This document shows positions 50,559 through 63,127 of a stretch of 64,000 bases of DNA, piece after piece. The notes beneath the pieces were generated by a model, which ran no database searches, was not told the DNA's origin, and worked only from the letters and a program-made list of their open reading frames with translations. A program made the translations under genes and the position numbers. Positions within the stretch are counted from its first letter, which is position 1; the number at the start of each line of letters is the position of its first letter. Origin of the DNA: the human T2T-CHM13v2.0 reference genome, Homo sapiens; assembly GCF_009914755.1 (NCBI RefSeq), contig NC_060940.1; one strand, 5' to 3'.

Positions 50559-52430
50559 TGAAAAAGGTTTGTGTCCACCGCCCCCCGTGCTGGGGTGTGC
50601 AGGGAGTGGAGTGTGCGCTGAGATCGTATCTATTTTAAATCAAGCCGATGTCCTGGCGTCCTTTTTTGAATACAGTCTTATCGTTTTACAACGTGTTGTT
50701 TCCACCTAAATGTACATCTTATAAGACTTTATAGGACTAAGGAAGTTAATCCATCCTTAGCAGGGATGCCAGACCCCTGGAGCCTGTCACCTGGGCACAG
50801 GGAGGACATTTTAACTAAGCAGCTGGTTTCCAGGTTGAGACTGGTTGGGATCCTGCGGAGTGACTCTGAATCCACTAACAGCAGGACTGTGTCTGCTTGG
50901 ATGCTGGAGCTGGGGTTTCTCCAGCCACGGCTGGCAGAGTGGACCCTGGGGTTTTGTGTCATCCGTGTCTCTTATCCACTGGAGAGACTGTTGTGTTCCT
51001 TCTGCCAGATTACCCTTGAAGAAGCAGGGGAGGGGAGGGCGCTCCGGCCCACCTCTGCTTACCTGCCCACCTCGGGCTCATTCTTCCCACCCCATACTCC
51101 CCATGCAGCCTTCAGGACAGGAGACATAGCCTGGACTACTTCTCATGGCGCAACAAGAACTTTGTTACCAGTCTTGGTGGCAGAGACTGCCAGCTCCCAA
51201 CAGCCAGGTCTGCACCTGACTGGGAAATTTACTAGTTCCTCACTGGGATTCTGGAGGGGCGTGTGTGTGTGCATGTTGAGAATTACAGAATCATTTAGAC
51301 TTAAGCAGTCAGCCATTCAGCAGTTGACAGGATGATTGTGGCCGGAAAAGGTGACCAGTTTGTCCTGTTTGGTGGCTGGGTTGGATGAGGGAGTCCAGGA
51401 CTCCTGGCGCATGACTGTTATGGGAGCTTTTCCTGGACAGCTCCATTCCAAAGTCCATCTTGGCTGAGGGTGCTTGTTGGTTTTTTCCAGTGAGGCATTT
51501 AGTGATGTCTGGGCACAGCACTTGGGGCTTTGAAGATGGGAGACGAGTCTGGACGAGGAAACGCCATTAGAACGTGGATGGTTCTGGGCCCTTTCTTTTT
51601 CCACCCTGTATTTCCTCTGTCCAGGCAGGTCATATTGGGGAGGGTGTTCATACTCGTGGGTTGCCACTTAGGGAACTCTGTGCTGTAGGAGTTTGTAGCC
51701 TGGGTTCATGGATGCTACACATCTTCAAACACACGCTCCCACAGGGTTTACAGATAGGCTCTTCGAACTTGGTAAAACTGTATGTAACATGCAGTAGGTG
51801 TATTTTCCTGGGGAGAGGGTCTGGTCCGCCACTTTGAACCATCTTGAGAGTGGACCTTTTTGCAAAGGCGGATGTAACTGTTTTATGACTTGAGGGGCAA
51901 GTCCTGACTTGGTGAGCTTGCTTTGATTCAGGGGAGACCTACCTTGGGGTTGACACACGCCAGAATTGTGGCCTTCATAGGCGTCCCCTGAAGCTGAGCC
52001 TGGGAAGGGGTTGACCTCTTTCTGTTACACCCTCATGGAGTTACCGTGTCGATGACATCTGAGTGGAGTGTCTGTGCTGAGGGTTGCAGCTGCAGCTGCC
52101 GCAGGGCTGTTAGTTGCTCAGACCTGCATGTACTTGGAGAATTGGGAAGACCTGGTGTTGAGGAAGCTGGCTGGCCTGAGACCATAGGGAGGGGAGGGGT
52201 GCAGACTCTGGCAACCTGGAGAGTTAGGGACAAACTAAGGGAGAAGTGCCACTCATGGGGCTGTGGTTTTTATGGCTTAGACTTTTCGGGAGAAACTGGG
52301 CACCTTCTCGTTGACTTGAAGCCTCCTATTTTAAGACATTGCCCATTGATTCTCGTTTAAACAACACAGCGTGATTTCAGGTCAAATAAAAACAGGTTGA
52401 AGGGTAAAAGGCTGGCCCCTTGTCCACTCC

Positions 52431-52584
52431 TTTTTTTTTTTTTTTTTGAGACAGGGTCTCGCTCTGTCACCTACATTGCAGTGCAGTCGCGCAATCACAA
52501 CTCAAGGCAGCCTCAACCTCCTGGGCTCAAGCGATCCCCCACCTCGGCCTCCCAAAGCGCTGGGATTATAGGCGTGAGCCACTG
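52431..52584 (-). mobile_element. Alu monomer (right-arm 3' end joined to left-arm 5' end)
   Basis: T16 GAGACAGGGTCTCGCTCTG..GGGCTCAAGCGATC..CCTCCCAAAGCGCTGGGATTATAGGCGTGAGCCACTG. Confidence 0.8.
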
Positions 52585-55500
52585 TTCACTGACCCTCTTG
52601 TCCAATCATTTGCACCCTCTCTCCATGGTACTGACAGGGAAACTGAGGCTCAGGCCATGCGGTGCCCTGGAAGTCCGCACTGAGCTGTTGGGCATGAGTC
52701 AGCCTGGGCCCACCCCCGTTCCCCTTGGTTTTCCAGCTCAGGACCAAGCCCTTTTTGCTCTGCCCCCATAGTGTGTTCCCTCGAGGCCCCACAGCTCTCA
52801 GCCTTCAGTGGAAGTTCAGGCTGGCTGAGTGGGATGTGAGGACCCCGGTGCCTGCAGGCAGGCACACTGCGCCTTCTGACTTAAAGGCGCCCATTTCTGC
52901 TGGTGTGGGCGTCCGCCCTGTTGGAGGGAAGGGACGTTTTCCAGTCATCACCATCTCCCCGCCTCTGAAGCTGGAGACCCTGGACCCCTCTTCGAAGGCC
53001 AGGTGGCCCTTTCTGCCCCCGCGCCACCTCCCCTGCTGCCCAGGCCACTCCTGGCCCCTGTATGATTGCTTCTTTGAGCACCTGTTGGTGTCCAGCTCCT
53101 GTACGGCCTGGTCCCTGTTCTTGGCTGTAGACTAAGGGCCCTGTAGATAGGTACTGGCACTCACTCGGTACAGAAGGGACAGGCATTCATAGGAGACGTC
53201 CTTGGATCCTCTCTCCCTCCCACTTACCTGAGGGAGCTTGTTAAACACTCAGCCTCCTCCACACTGGGGAGAGGAGAGGGGCCTGCATTTCGTGGGTCCT
53301 TGTGAGCAAGCGTCTCAGCCTCCTCTTCCTGCTGGCCCATGCCCCCCGGCCGCCACCCGCCGTCCCACGGAAACTTGGAGACCTCAGTGCCCGCCCTGGG
53401 GTGGGGGAGCCAGGTTGGATTTCCCTCCTGGGCACCTCTCACCTGCCTGGACACCTTGGACCTCATCCGTTCCTCTGCCCAGGGCCTCTGGAGGGAGGAA
53501 GGGCTCCCACAGGAGCAGGTGCAATGGAAGGCAGCCTGGTCAGCTCTGGTGCCATGGGCTACACAGGGCACCCGGGGGCGGTTCCGGCCTCTAGCACAGG
53601 TGCCCTCTGGCTGAGAGCTGTGGGAAAGTGGGGCTGGGGGAGGCCTCGAGTCCAGAGCCTTCCTATTCCCAGCCGTGTAGGTCCCGTCCGTAAAACGGGT
53701 ATAGCACTAGGGTGGGCACCCAAACAGCCGCCACAGGGTGAGAGCTGCCACAGGGAGGGGACCCCAAGTGACGCCAGCCATTTCCAATCTCTTCGCACAT
53801 TAAAGGGAAGCAGCCGGCACCATGGCCAGGACAGCTGGGTTTCCTTCCGGCTCCTGAGCCTCTACATGTGACCCGGGTTGAGGGCGTGAATCTCCAGCCT
53901 CCGTTCAGCCTCTGTAGGCTGGGAGTGAGCATCCCACTGTGTGGAATAAACAGGTGGAGAGAGGCGCCTGGGCACCGCCAGGACCACTGCCTCCGGGAAG
54001 CAGCCCATGGGGAGAATGTGACAAGGGACCCCAGGTACCGCCAAGGGCACAGGGTGGCGGAGGGGCTGGGAATCGGCCGGCATGGGTGAGCCCCCGGCTC
54101 TGTCTCAGCTGAGCTGTGTGGCCCCAGCGGCCTGTGTCACTTTGCTGTTCGCAGCTTTGCTTTCTGGGGTCTGCTTACGTAAAGGGAAGTAAGGGTACAG
54201 GTAGCCGGCGCCCTGTAAAAGTTGCCCCCTGGTACCTTGATCGCTGTTGGTGCTGGGCACCATCTCCCAGAGTCACAGCTCTGGACACCGACCCCAGCCT
54301 TGACTCAGGGCCCCGCCCTCTCCCTTGGTCTGTCGTGCCCCTTTAGGAGGCCGCCTCCCTGCCGAGGCCAGGCTGCCGCCCGCATCTGCCAGTCCCGCCC
54401 TTCCCGCCGCCCTCCTCTCCAGCCCTTCATCTGCCCGGCCTGCTTCTCCGCACACACAGCAGCCGCTTAGGATAATCGCGTCAAATGTTGCTGCCATCTG
54501 TTGCCTGACTTCCCGTCCCTCGCCTCCATCCGGGAACCTCCGGGACCAGTCCGTGGCCGTGAACCTCAGTCGCAGGACCGTCGGCTCCTAGGAGGCTGCT
54601 GTCCGCGGGTCCCCAGAATGCAACCTCAGCATCCAGCGCCTTCTGTGCAGAGCCCCCCTGCTGTCCTCAAAACTGTAGTGTGGCGTCCAACCTGGGAAGC
54701 CCCTCCAGGTGACCTGGCCCCCCAGGTGACACCCCTGGGATTGACCTGCTCCCTTGCACTGTCCAATGCTGTTGTGTGGACGTCTCCCGAGAGCTCTGCA
54801 CCCCGTGTTCTTCTGCAGAACACGGCCTCCTTTGTGTTCCCAGCATGGCAGTGAGCAAGAGAAGGCTGGGGAGAAACCGGGGTGGCCAGCCCCCTCCCCG
54901 TCACCCCCATTCACAGCAGGACTGCAGCTTCAAGGGTGTCGTGGGGCTCGGGCAGAATATGGGGTTCAGGGTGGCTGCTGGGGGCCCTAGGCATTGCTTG
55001 GGAGATGGCTCATTGCGGGTGGCTCTACGTGGTTGACCGGGGCCCTGGAGGGCAGCGTCTGGGGGCTCCTGCCGTGGCTCAGTGAGCGTGGCAGAGGACA
55101 GGTCTACACGGGCCAGGCGCTGTGTTGCTCTTTCCTCCTGGGGTAGGGACTCCTGTGGCTGCACAGGTTGCCCCCGCCCACCTGCTTGTGTTTTCTCAGC
55201 CCTTCTTGTTCCAGGTCAGGATCCTGGCCACCTGCAAGGGCTGTCCTTTGCCTTAGCCATGAGTGATGGCCCTGGCCGGTTTCTGGGGCATAGACCTTGG
55301 GAAGCAAGTCCAGTATGGGGACCCAGGGCAGCCTGGGGGGGTGTTTTTATTTGGAAAAAAAAAATTAAGGCACAAGCAGGCTGCCCCCATGTGTCTGGAG
55401 CAAGAAGACCTCTCCCCAGGGTCTCCCCGCCCCCTCCCTTGCCTCCACCCCCAAGAAAAATTGCTTTGTGCCACTGAGCTTGGAGCACGTGGAGGGCAGA

Positions 55501-56255
55501 TATGATAATGAATTTATCATGAAGCCGCCCAGGCTCCTGCGATCACGTGGTGCCCGTGCAGCCTCAGCCGCCAGGGTCTGTAGCAGGGTGACCCGACCTC
55601 GTTAGGGCCACGGAAGCTTCGCCCCTTTGGGGGAGTGGGGATCGCGGGGGCGGGCACCAGTCCCCGAGCTGGGGGACGCCCTTTATTTGTTCACAAACAT
55701 TTCTTTCTGCGGTAATGAAAAATTACCAAGAGGGGTGATTAGAGAATCCAGGTCCAGATTGTGTGTGCGGGGCCTGAAAGTGAAGGCCTGCTGGGCCCAG
55801 CCTCACGGGGTGTAATTACCCCACGGGGGGCTGTCAGGGGGAAGGGGCGGATTGGTGCTTGAACCGGGACCCAGCAGAAAATTCACCTCAGCTATTAGCT
55901 TGTAATTACAGAGCACAGAGGGAGCAGGCCTGAGGTCTGGTGCCGGGGAAGAGCCGGGATGAAAGGAAGCAGTAATTACGGGATCCGCGGGAGGCCGGGA
56001 GGGCGGCTGGCACGCTGATTAATAAGCCCCTCCAGCCTCGTGGGGAGGGGGAGCGAGGAATGGGACACCATATTTAATGGAGTAGAGAGGCCTCCCCCCT
56101 CGTTTAAATCCTGCTGTTGGAGCGTTTGGACAGCAGGCAGACCGGTTTGGGGTCTGTTCTGAAGAACTAAGAACGAGATGGGTTCCGGAAAATAGCAGCT
56201 CGCTGGGCCAGCCAGCCTTGTCCCTCTCCACTGGGACTTTGCTTCCTTTTCTTCT

Positions 56256-56259
<4 letters not shown>

Positions 56260-56290
<31 letters not shown>
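56260..56290. repeat. T31 mononucleotide run
   Basis: Direct count; no adjacent Alu body. Confidence 0.95.
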
Positions 56291-56294
<4 letters not shown>

Positions 56295-58090
56295 CATTGT
56301 GCTGCTTCTGACCCTATTAGAAACCTAGCCAGAGAATAGGAGAAAGTATTGATTCAAGAAGCGGTGCTTTGTTACGGGGGGCGGGGGGTGGGGGCCTCAC
56401 CCGGGGGCGGTGGTCTTTGCTTCCCCAGACCTTTCCTGTCTGTGAAATGGTGGGACCTGAGGGTTTTGCGGTGCTGTGGGCTGCTGCTTCATTCTCCGTT
56501 TCCTGCCCTCTGGCTTCTGGCAGAAGCCTCTAGGTTCTCAGCTCTGCCAGGCAGACTGTCTAGACCAGGTGGGTTCTTTCTGAAAGGGTCCAGGGAGCAG
56601 ACAGTTGAGGCTCACATGAAGAAGGGGTATGTCCCCTGGCCCCTCAGTTTGAGGGTGCCCAGGGCCGAGGGGCCTTTAGGTGTCTGGCTGTGGCAGCTTT
56701 TTTTTTCCTGGGGGTGGGGGTCAAGGTGGCAGCTGACAGTGGCAGGAAGGGTTGTCCAGAGCAGCACGTGATGTAAATAAGAGGGTGGGGGCCTCGCAGA
56801 CCTGGTCCACCTAGACCCCTGGCTCGTTTTCGCCTGCTGAGCTGCACATGTCAAGAGAGCTTGTACAGTGCGGAGACAGCCCCCGGCCCCCCGGCCCCCC
56901 GGCCCTCATCCGTCACAGGCCTTCACACGGTGGAGCGTATTCCCAGCTGTTAGGATAATGAATTTACATGAGCTGATAATGTAGACAAGAATTCAGTCAA
57001 TGTCCAGGAGCGCAGAAGTTAATAAATACCTCTCTAATGAGGGCAGCAGGGGGGTGTGCTCTCCCAGGGCCTCCCTCTCCCCGCCATCCCTGTGTCCCCC
57101 ACGGACACCTTGGCACCTGCACTGACCTCAGCCAGAGAACACCTGCACGGGAGGAGGCCCGCATCGGTCTCCCTGGGGAGGGCTGGGGGCTTCGTGCCGA
57201 GGCCTCGGGGGCAGCAGCCTTGAAGTGATCCCCACCAGGCCTGGAGGGGCAGGAGGCACGTGGGCCCTGGAGGCTGTGTCCATTCACAGCAGGCCCAGGG
57301 GGACCCCTCCAAGGATCTCGGGGTTCCCCGGCTCTTGGCCTCCTGTCCTGGCCTCAAGGGAGCTGCGCCCGGCTGCTGCGGCCCCCGCCCCGCCTGCCCA
57401 GTGCACACATACTGAGGAGCAGCGCTAATTTTAGATTCCCCCTAATGAAGCCGCTCATTTGGAATTCTATTTTAAGTGACCTGACATCAGCAGAGCCGCT
57501 TCCCAGGCTCACAGCTCCTCAGGAGCCTGCAGCTGACACCGGGGCAGGGATGCTGCCCGCAGGGGACCCCCAGGGACCCAGGGAGACTGTACCTGGGGCT
57601 GGAGGGGGCCCATGGGGCCCGGGGAGCAGATATTGGGCTTTGTCAGAGGCCGGGGTAGGGAGGTTGCTGTCAGGATGCCAGTGGGCTGGTGATAGTGACA
57701 CTGAGGTAGCCTCAGACCCAGGCATTGGAGGGAGCAGGCAGAGGGCCTCCCTGGTCACCAGGGAAGGGCTGGGGAGCTGTGGGTGAGGGCTCAGGTTCAG
57801 ACTCCTGCAGGGACACCCCAGTTCCCTCCACCTCTGCCCTGTGGCTGGACAGCCCCACGCTTTTGTTGGCGGTGCTGACTTCGTGCCGTCGAGCCGCCAT
57901 CCCTTTGAATGTCCGCCTTTTAAAAGCCTGGTTCACTGCAGAAAAATTAGAACATACAGAGAGAGAAAAAGGATGAAAGTGAAAGACATAGCTCTTCTCG
58001 TTGCCATCTGAAGACACTGCCAGTAGCCTCAAGGTGTGTGCGCCATCTGGGGTCTGGTCTGGGACTCGCGCCATGGCCTCTGTGTACCAC

Positions 58091-58484
58091 TGATAGGGTT
58101 TGGATGTGTGTCCCCTCCGAATCTCATGTGGAAATGTGTCCTCCAGTTTTGGAGGTGGGGCCCAGTGGCAGTGATTGGATCATGGGGGTGGATCTCTCAT
58201 GAAGGGGTTATCACCGTCACCTTAGTGGTGAGCACGCTCTCGCAAGATCTGGGTGTTTAAAAGCCTGGGACCTCCCCACTCTTGCTCCCTCTCTCACCAC
58301 TGGATGTGCTGGCTTCCCTCGCCTTCCGCCATGATTAGAAGCCTCCTGAGGCCTCCCCAGAAGCAGATGCCAGCACCACGCTTCCTGTACACCCCACAGA
58401 GTCAGGAGCCAAAATAAGCCTCTTTTCTTTATGAATTACACAGCCTCGGGTATTTCTTTATAGCAACACAGACAGCCTAGTTCA
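58091..58484 (+). mobile_element. MST (MaLR) solo LTR, sense to GSE1
   Basis: TGATAGGGTTTGGATGTGTGTCCCC..AATCTCATGT..CCTTCCGCCATGATT..GAGGCCTCCCCAGAAGCAGATGCC..TTTCTTTATAGCAA..CA; flanks ACCAC/GCCAC (5-bp TSD, 4/5). Confidence 0.9.
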
Positions 58485-59072
58485 GCCACCCAGCCCGTGC
58501 CTGTGGCTGGTGGTCATAGCACATCTGCCCAGGTGGCCAGCCAGCCTCATGAAGGCCACAGGAGAGAGAATTGGCATCTGCTCCCAGACCTTCAGGGCGG
58601 GTCACCTGGAGGTGAAATGACCATACGGTGCCCCACGTTCCCCTTTTGCGGTAGCATGTGGTGTGGTTTGCAGGGCATAGTCAGCCACCCAGCCTGCACC
58701 GGAGATCGGCCCCTCCTGCGGCCCTGGAGCAGGTCGAGCTGGGCCCTGGCTGGCTTGTCACATGGGCACTGTGCTGAGGTCATCTCAGCCCTGCTCTGCA
58801 CTGGACCTGGGCTCCAAGCCTGCCTTCGCCTATCTGGGAAATAGGCCCAGTCCCAGCTTTCTCATAGGGCGGCCAAGATGTAGAGTGGCTGGCTCTCTGA
58901 GGAATGTGGGAAAGGGGGATGGGGGATGCTGATGGTCTCTGGCATCGAAGGGACATGTTTTGGAGACTCTGGGTGAAGATGCAGAGTCTCTGTGTGCAGA
59001 TAGTTTCACTTCTTGGCTTTCTGATGGATTGAGGGGGCGGCCTGGATTAATAGAGGGTGTGGTGATGCTGAC

Positions 59073-59850
59073 CGTATCAGTTATCTAGCGTTGTGTGACC
59101 AACTGTCCGCAGCTCAGTGGCTTAAACACAAAACCTTTGTTATCTCAGTTTCTGTGGGCCAGGGATTGGAGGATGGCTTAGCTGGGTGGTTCTGGCTCAG
59201 GGTCTGTGATGAGCCTACTTGAGATGTTGGCTGGGGCTGCGGTCTCATCAGAAGGCCAGCCTGGGGCTGGAGGATTCATTGCCAAGGTGGCTTCTCACAT
59301 GGCTGTTGGCTGGAGGCCTTGGTTCTTTGAAATGTGGGTTTCTCCATGACCTGCTTGAGCATCCTCATGATACGGCAGCTGACCCCCCTCCACTGGAGTG
59401 ACCCAAGAGGGCCAGGAAGGAGGTGATCTTACCTTGGCAGCTGCAGACTGCTGCTTCCATTATACTCTGTTCATCAGAAGTGAGTTGCTCAGTCTGGCCC
59501 ACGCTTGGGGAAGGGAATTGGTCTCTACCTCTTGAAAGGATGACTGATGAAGACTTTATAGACATTCTTTTTATTTTTTGAGAGACAGGGTTCTGTTACC
59601 CAGGCTAGAGTATAGCGGTGTGATCATAGCTCACTGTAGCTCCAACTCCTGGGCTCAAATAATCCTCCCAAACAGCGGAGATTACAGGTACGCATGTGTC
59701 GTTTCAGGGTAATTTACAGAGACAGCGTCTATGCTGCCCAGGCTGGTTTTGAACTCCTGGCCTCACGCAGTCCTCCCACCTCACCCTCCTACTTACCTGG
59801 GATTACAGGTGTGCCCACCATGCCCAGGATGAATGTTTTTAACCATTACA
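59073..59850 (-). mobile_element. Old MLT1 LTR with a degraded Alu (-) inserted at ~59567-59827
   Basis: TCAGTTATCT..CTCAGTGGCTTAAACA..GGCTTAGCTGGGTGGTTCTGGCTCAGGGTCT..; Alu pieces GATCATAGCTCACTGTAGC. Confidence 0.75.
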
Positions 59851-60791
59851 GTTCAACGTATCTTAGCTGTGTGTGGTGCGCGCACATGTGACCATTCACG
59901 CCTTCTGATCGGGTGCCATGGTTGGGCCGTGTACTGGGCAGGTGCTGGTAATGAGCAGTGGGGGCCCAGGAAGCCGGGTTCAAGTCCTGGACATGCTGCT
60001 CAACTGACTGACCTTGGACCAAGCTTAGGTCATCTCCTGGTCTCGGTTTCCCCATCTGTACGCTAGGCCTCTTGGGCTTGGGCGATGGCTGTGAGGGGTG
60101 GGACACAGGCTGGGTGGTGGGTGACAGTTCAGCTGCTGTGGCCTCTCCTGGGCTCATTGTGAGGCTGTCTTGAGAGGTGCCCGACTGGTCTGTGTGACTT
60201 CTGAGAGCTGCTGCAGTATCCCCTGGGGGGGTGGTCTTTGCGTTCCCCGGGGCCCTGCTCCTGTCTTCCAGGCAGCTCTCCTAGCGTCACCCTCCTGAGT
60301 GCCTCGTTGGGACCACGAGGACCTGGTTCATTGATGTCCGTGTGGGTCCCTGTGAGGGTGGGGCTCTGTCCTGTGCCACTTCGTCTTTCTAGACATTCCC
60401 TCCTAAAAACCCGCAGCCTACTCGGTGTGGTGCTGAAGGTGCTTCGGTGACAGATAGGACCCGGAGGTCCTCTGGACTGCCCATGGCAGCCCCTATGTTG
60501 GCCATGTCCTCCAGTGTCCCCTGCAGGCACCAGGACAAGAGCTCTGGTCTCCCCCATCCTCCAGTGTCCTGTGGGTCACCTTTTCCCGGCCACCGGCCTT
60601 TTGGGGTCACGGGGTGGCCCTCTGCCGAAGGTGTGTGGGCTCGTGGGCCCAGGGCACGGGGCTTGTGGGCAGGGTGCCTGCCAGCTTGACACCATGTGCC
60701 CTCCCCATTGTGGCTCCAGTGGGGTGAGCATCGCAGACTCAGAGCATGGGTCCCATTTGCTGAGACACCTGCGTGGCCTTGGCTGGACCCC

Positions 60792-60851
60792 CTGCCTGCT
60801 GGGACTGGCATCTGCCTGCTGGGACTGGCATCTGTCCTCGCTGGCTGGCAT
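60792..60851. repeat. 20-bp tandem duplication plus degenerate third copy
   Basis: CTGCCTGCTGGGACTGGCAT x2. Confidence 0.9.
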
Positions 60852-60949
60852 GCTGTCTCGTAATGGCCCTGGGGTGCCCCACAGGCTCTGAAGCCCCTCA
60901 TGTCAGTTACCCCATTATGCTCAGGGGAGTGACCTCATGAGGTCAGCTT

Positions 60950-61022
60950 TGCTGTGCTGTTACCCCGTTTGGTAGATGAAGAAACCGAGGCCCTGACAGG
61001 CAAAGTAACTTGCCCCAAAAGG
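60950..61022 (-). mobile_element. MIR core fragment
   Basis: CCCCGTTTGGTAGATGAAGAAACCGAGGCC..AAGTAACTTGCCC. Confidence 0.65.
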
Positions 61023-63127
61023 TTGTTCAGCCAGAAGCATCCAGAAGCTGGGTCTGAGCCACAGGCGCGTTTTCATCGCCTCCAATGGACCCGCTGCGCC
61101 TCTGTGCACAGGGAGAGGCACTGATGGCAGCCCGGTGCGGGGGACACGCAGAGGCCAGGCCCGCCTTGGGGGCAGCGTGGCTGGCGGTGCGGAGCAGAGA
61201 GCAGCTGGCAGGGTTCAGGCTGGCCGAGGACGGGCCCTCATTGGCAGCCCGCATTTTCTGGAAGTGAGGCTGCCAGGCAGAGCCCCCGCCCTCCCGCTTG
61301 TTTGGATGTCTGTGCCGGGTTGAAGCGGCCTTGGAAAGGCAGGATGGGGGTGCAGGTCCCCCTCCACCCCTGGCCCCTCCAGAAAGAGCCAAGGGAAGAC
61401 AGGCTAGGTGGGGCCCGCTGCTGCAGGGCACGGCCACGGCGCCACCTGGCTGTTGCCTGCCATGGGCATGGGGCTCTCAGGGGTCCTTTGTTCCCAAGGT
61501 GTGAGCTCTCACTGGGGAGAACAAACGATGCCCCCCGAACTCGTTCCCGCCTCTCTGTTCTCTCATTTGCAGCCCCCTCTCTCAGGCAGTGCCCCCAGCC
61601 CTTCCCTCAGTGCCCCCAAAGAATTATTTTCTCCCTACGTCCCCTCTATCAGGAGAGGGAGGACTTGGCTCCCTGAATACATGGCCAGGACTCACGGCCT
61701 TTGGTGGCAAGTTCTGGGGATAGCAGGTGGACAAAGGAGGTCTTGAGGGGGTCCTCTCCACGCTGCCTCCGAGCCTGCTGTCCCATGGGGACAGGTTCCA
61801 ATTAGACTTGTCAATGTCACTTAGAATCTGGCAGAGGTGGAGTGGGCTCTGGAGGCCAGGGCAGCCTCTTCCGGGGAGGAACCTGGGGGCCCCCTTGCCC
61901 TTACCCCATAGGAAGTGCACAGTCCGCCCCTCTTGTGTGTTGCCCCCCGGATCTCTGTGACACCAGCCCCACCATGTGTGGCCCCAGCGCCCCCCCGCCC
62001 CAAGATGCATCCACAGGGAGGAAGCCGGGACCCTGTCTGTGGGTGATGTAGGGGTGGGGGCGTCTCTGCGGGGGAGGGATGTTGGTGGAAACATTTTGAC
62101 CAGGTTGGGCTTTTATTGATTGGACACACGGGGTGGGCGGACTGAGGGCTTGTTTGGAGGTGGCCATGTCCTTTCCCCAGTGGTTCTGATGTCACCAGGT
62201 GGCTGCCCCTGGGCTCAGACCTCTGGTGCCGCCGCCGCCGCCGCTGTCACCACTGGCCGGGAGGGCCAGGTCAGCCGTTGCTGCGCCAGGTCGGCCTGAA
62301 CTTGGCCCTGGGAGGAAAGAGGGTTCCAAGCTGCACCGCGGTTTGGATTTGCGGTTTTCTGTTTTTAGCATCTCCGGGCAGACTCTGTGCCCAGTAAGGG
62401 GCCACAGTGGGGTCTGCAGTGCGGCCGTGTTCTTCCCCACCGCTCCCTGTCAGCCTGCCTGTGTGGCCCCATCTCTGGGACCCCTCTCAGACAGAGACGC
62501 ACAGGGTCCCTGAGTGGCGGGGAGGCCGGGGGTCTGCCCTGAGTGCCCGCGTGGACTGGGCCGAGTTGGGGCCTTAGTTTCCTTTTCTGTAACGTGGGGC
62601 AGAACTCCCGCCAGTCTTCTGAGGGCATTGCCATGCGTGCCTGGCATCGTGTGCTTGTCGCGTCAGTGGCCACAGCAGTTGTCTTGGTTCCCGTCGTCCC
62701 TGGGCCTCTCCACCAGCGTGTTTCTATCCTGAGGATGCGGGCCGCACGCCTCCTCCGCCTGGGCCTCAGTCTCCTTCCCCACGCCATTTGATGGTCAGGG
62801 GCCTGTTGGGTGATGCGTGGGATCCTCCACGACCTGCCCAGCCTGGACTGCCCTGGAGAGGTAGAGGGACAGTGCTGGCCCAAGCCGTTCAGCATCTGGG
62901 GTCCTGGGGGCCTCTTGGGTCTGTGCCGGGTTCCAGCTGGACTCTGGGGACGGGGTCTGTTCTCTCTGCAGCGCTGGCTCTGTCCTGTTCTTGCTTGTCC
63001 TGCTGGAGCCCCCGGGGCTGCCCCTGCTCCCTGCCTGCTGCTGCTGACACCGGCCCTGCCGACCCTGCTCTGGTGCTGGGCGCTCCTGCTCTCTGGGTGA
63101 CCTCTGGTTCTTCTTTTCCTGTTTCAG

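Larger units (their letters stand above)
42614..63127 (+). other. GSE1: GSE1 intron 1 (~20.5 kb, GT-AG)
   Basis: Bounded by the exon 1 donor and exon 2 acceptor above. Confidence 0.88.
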
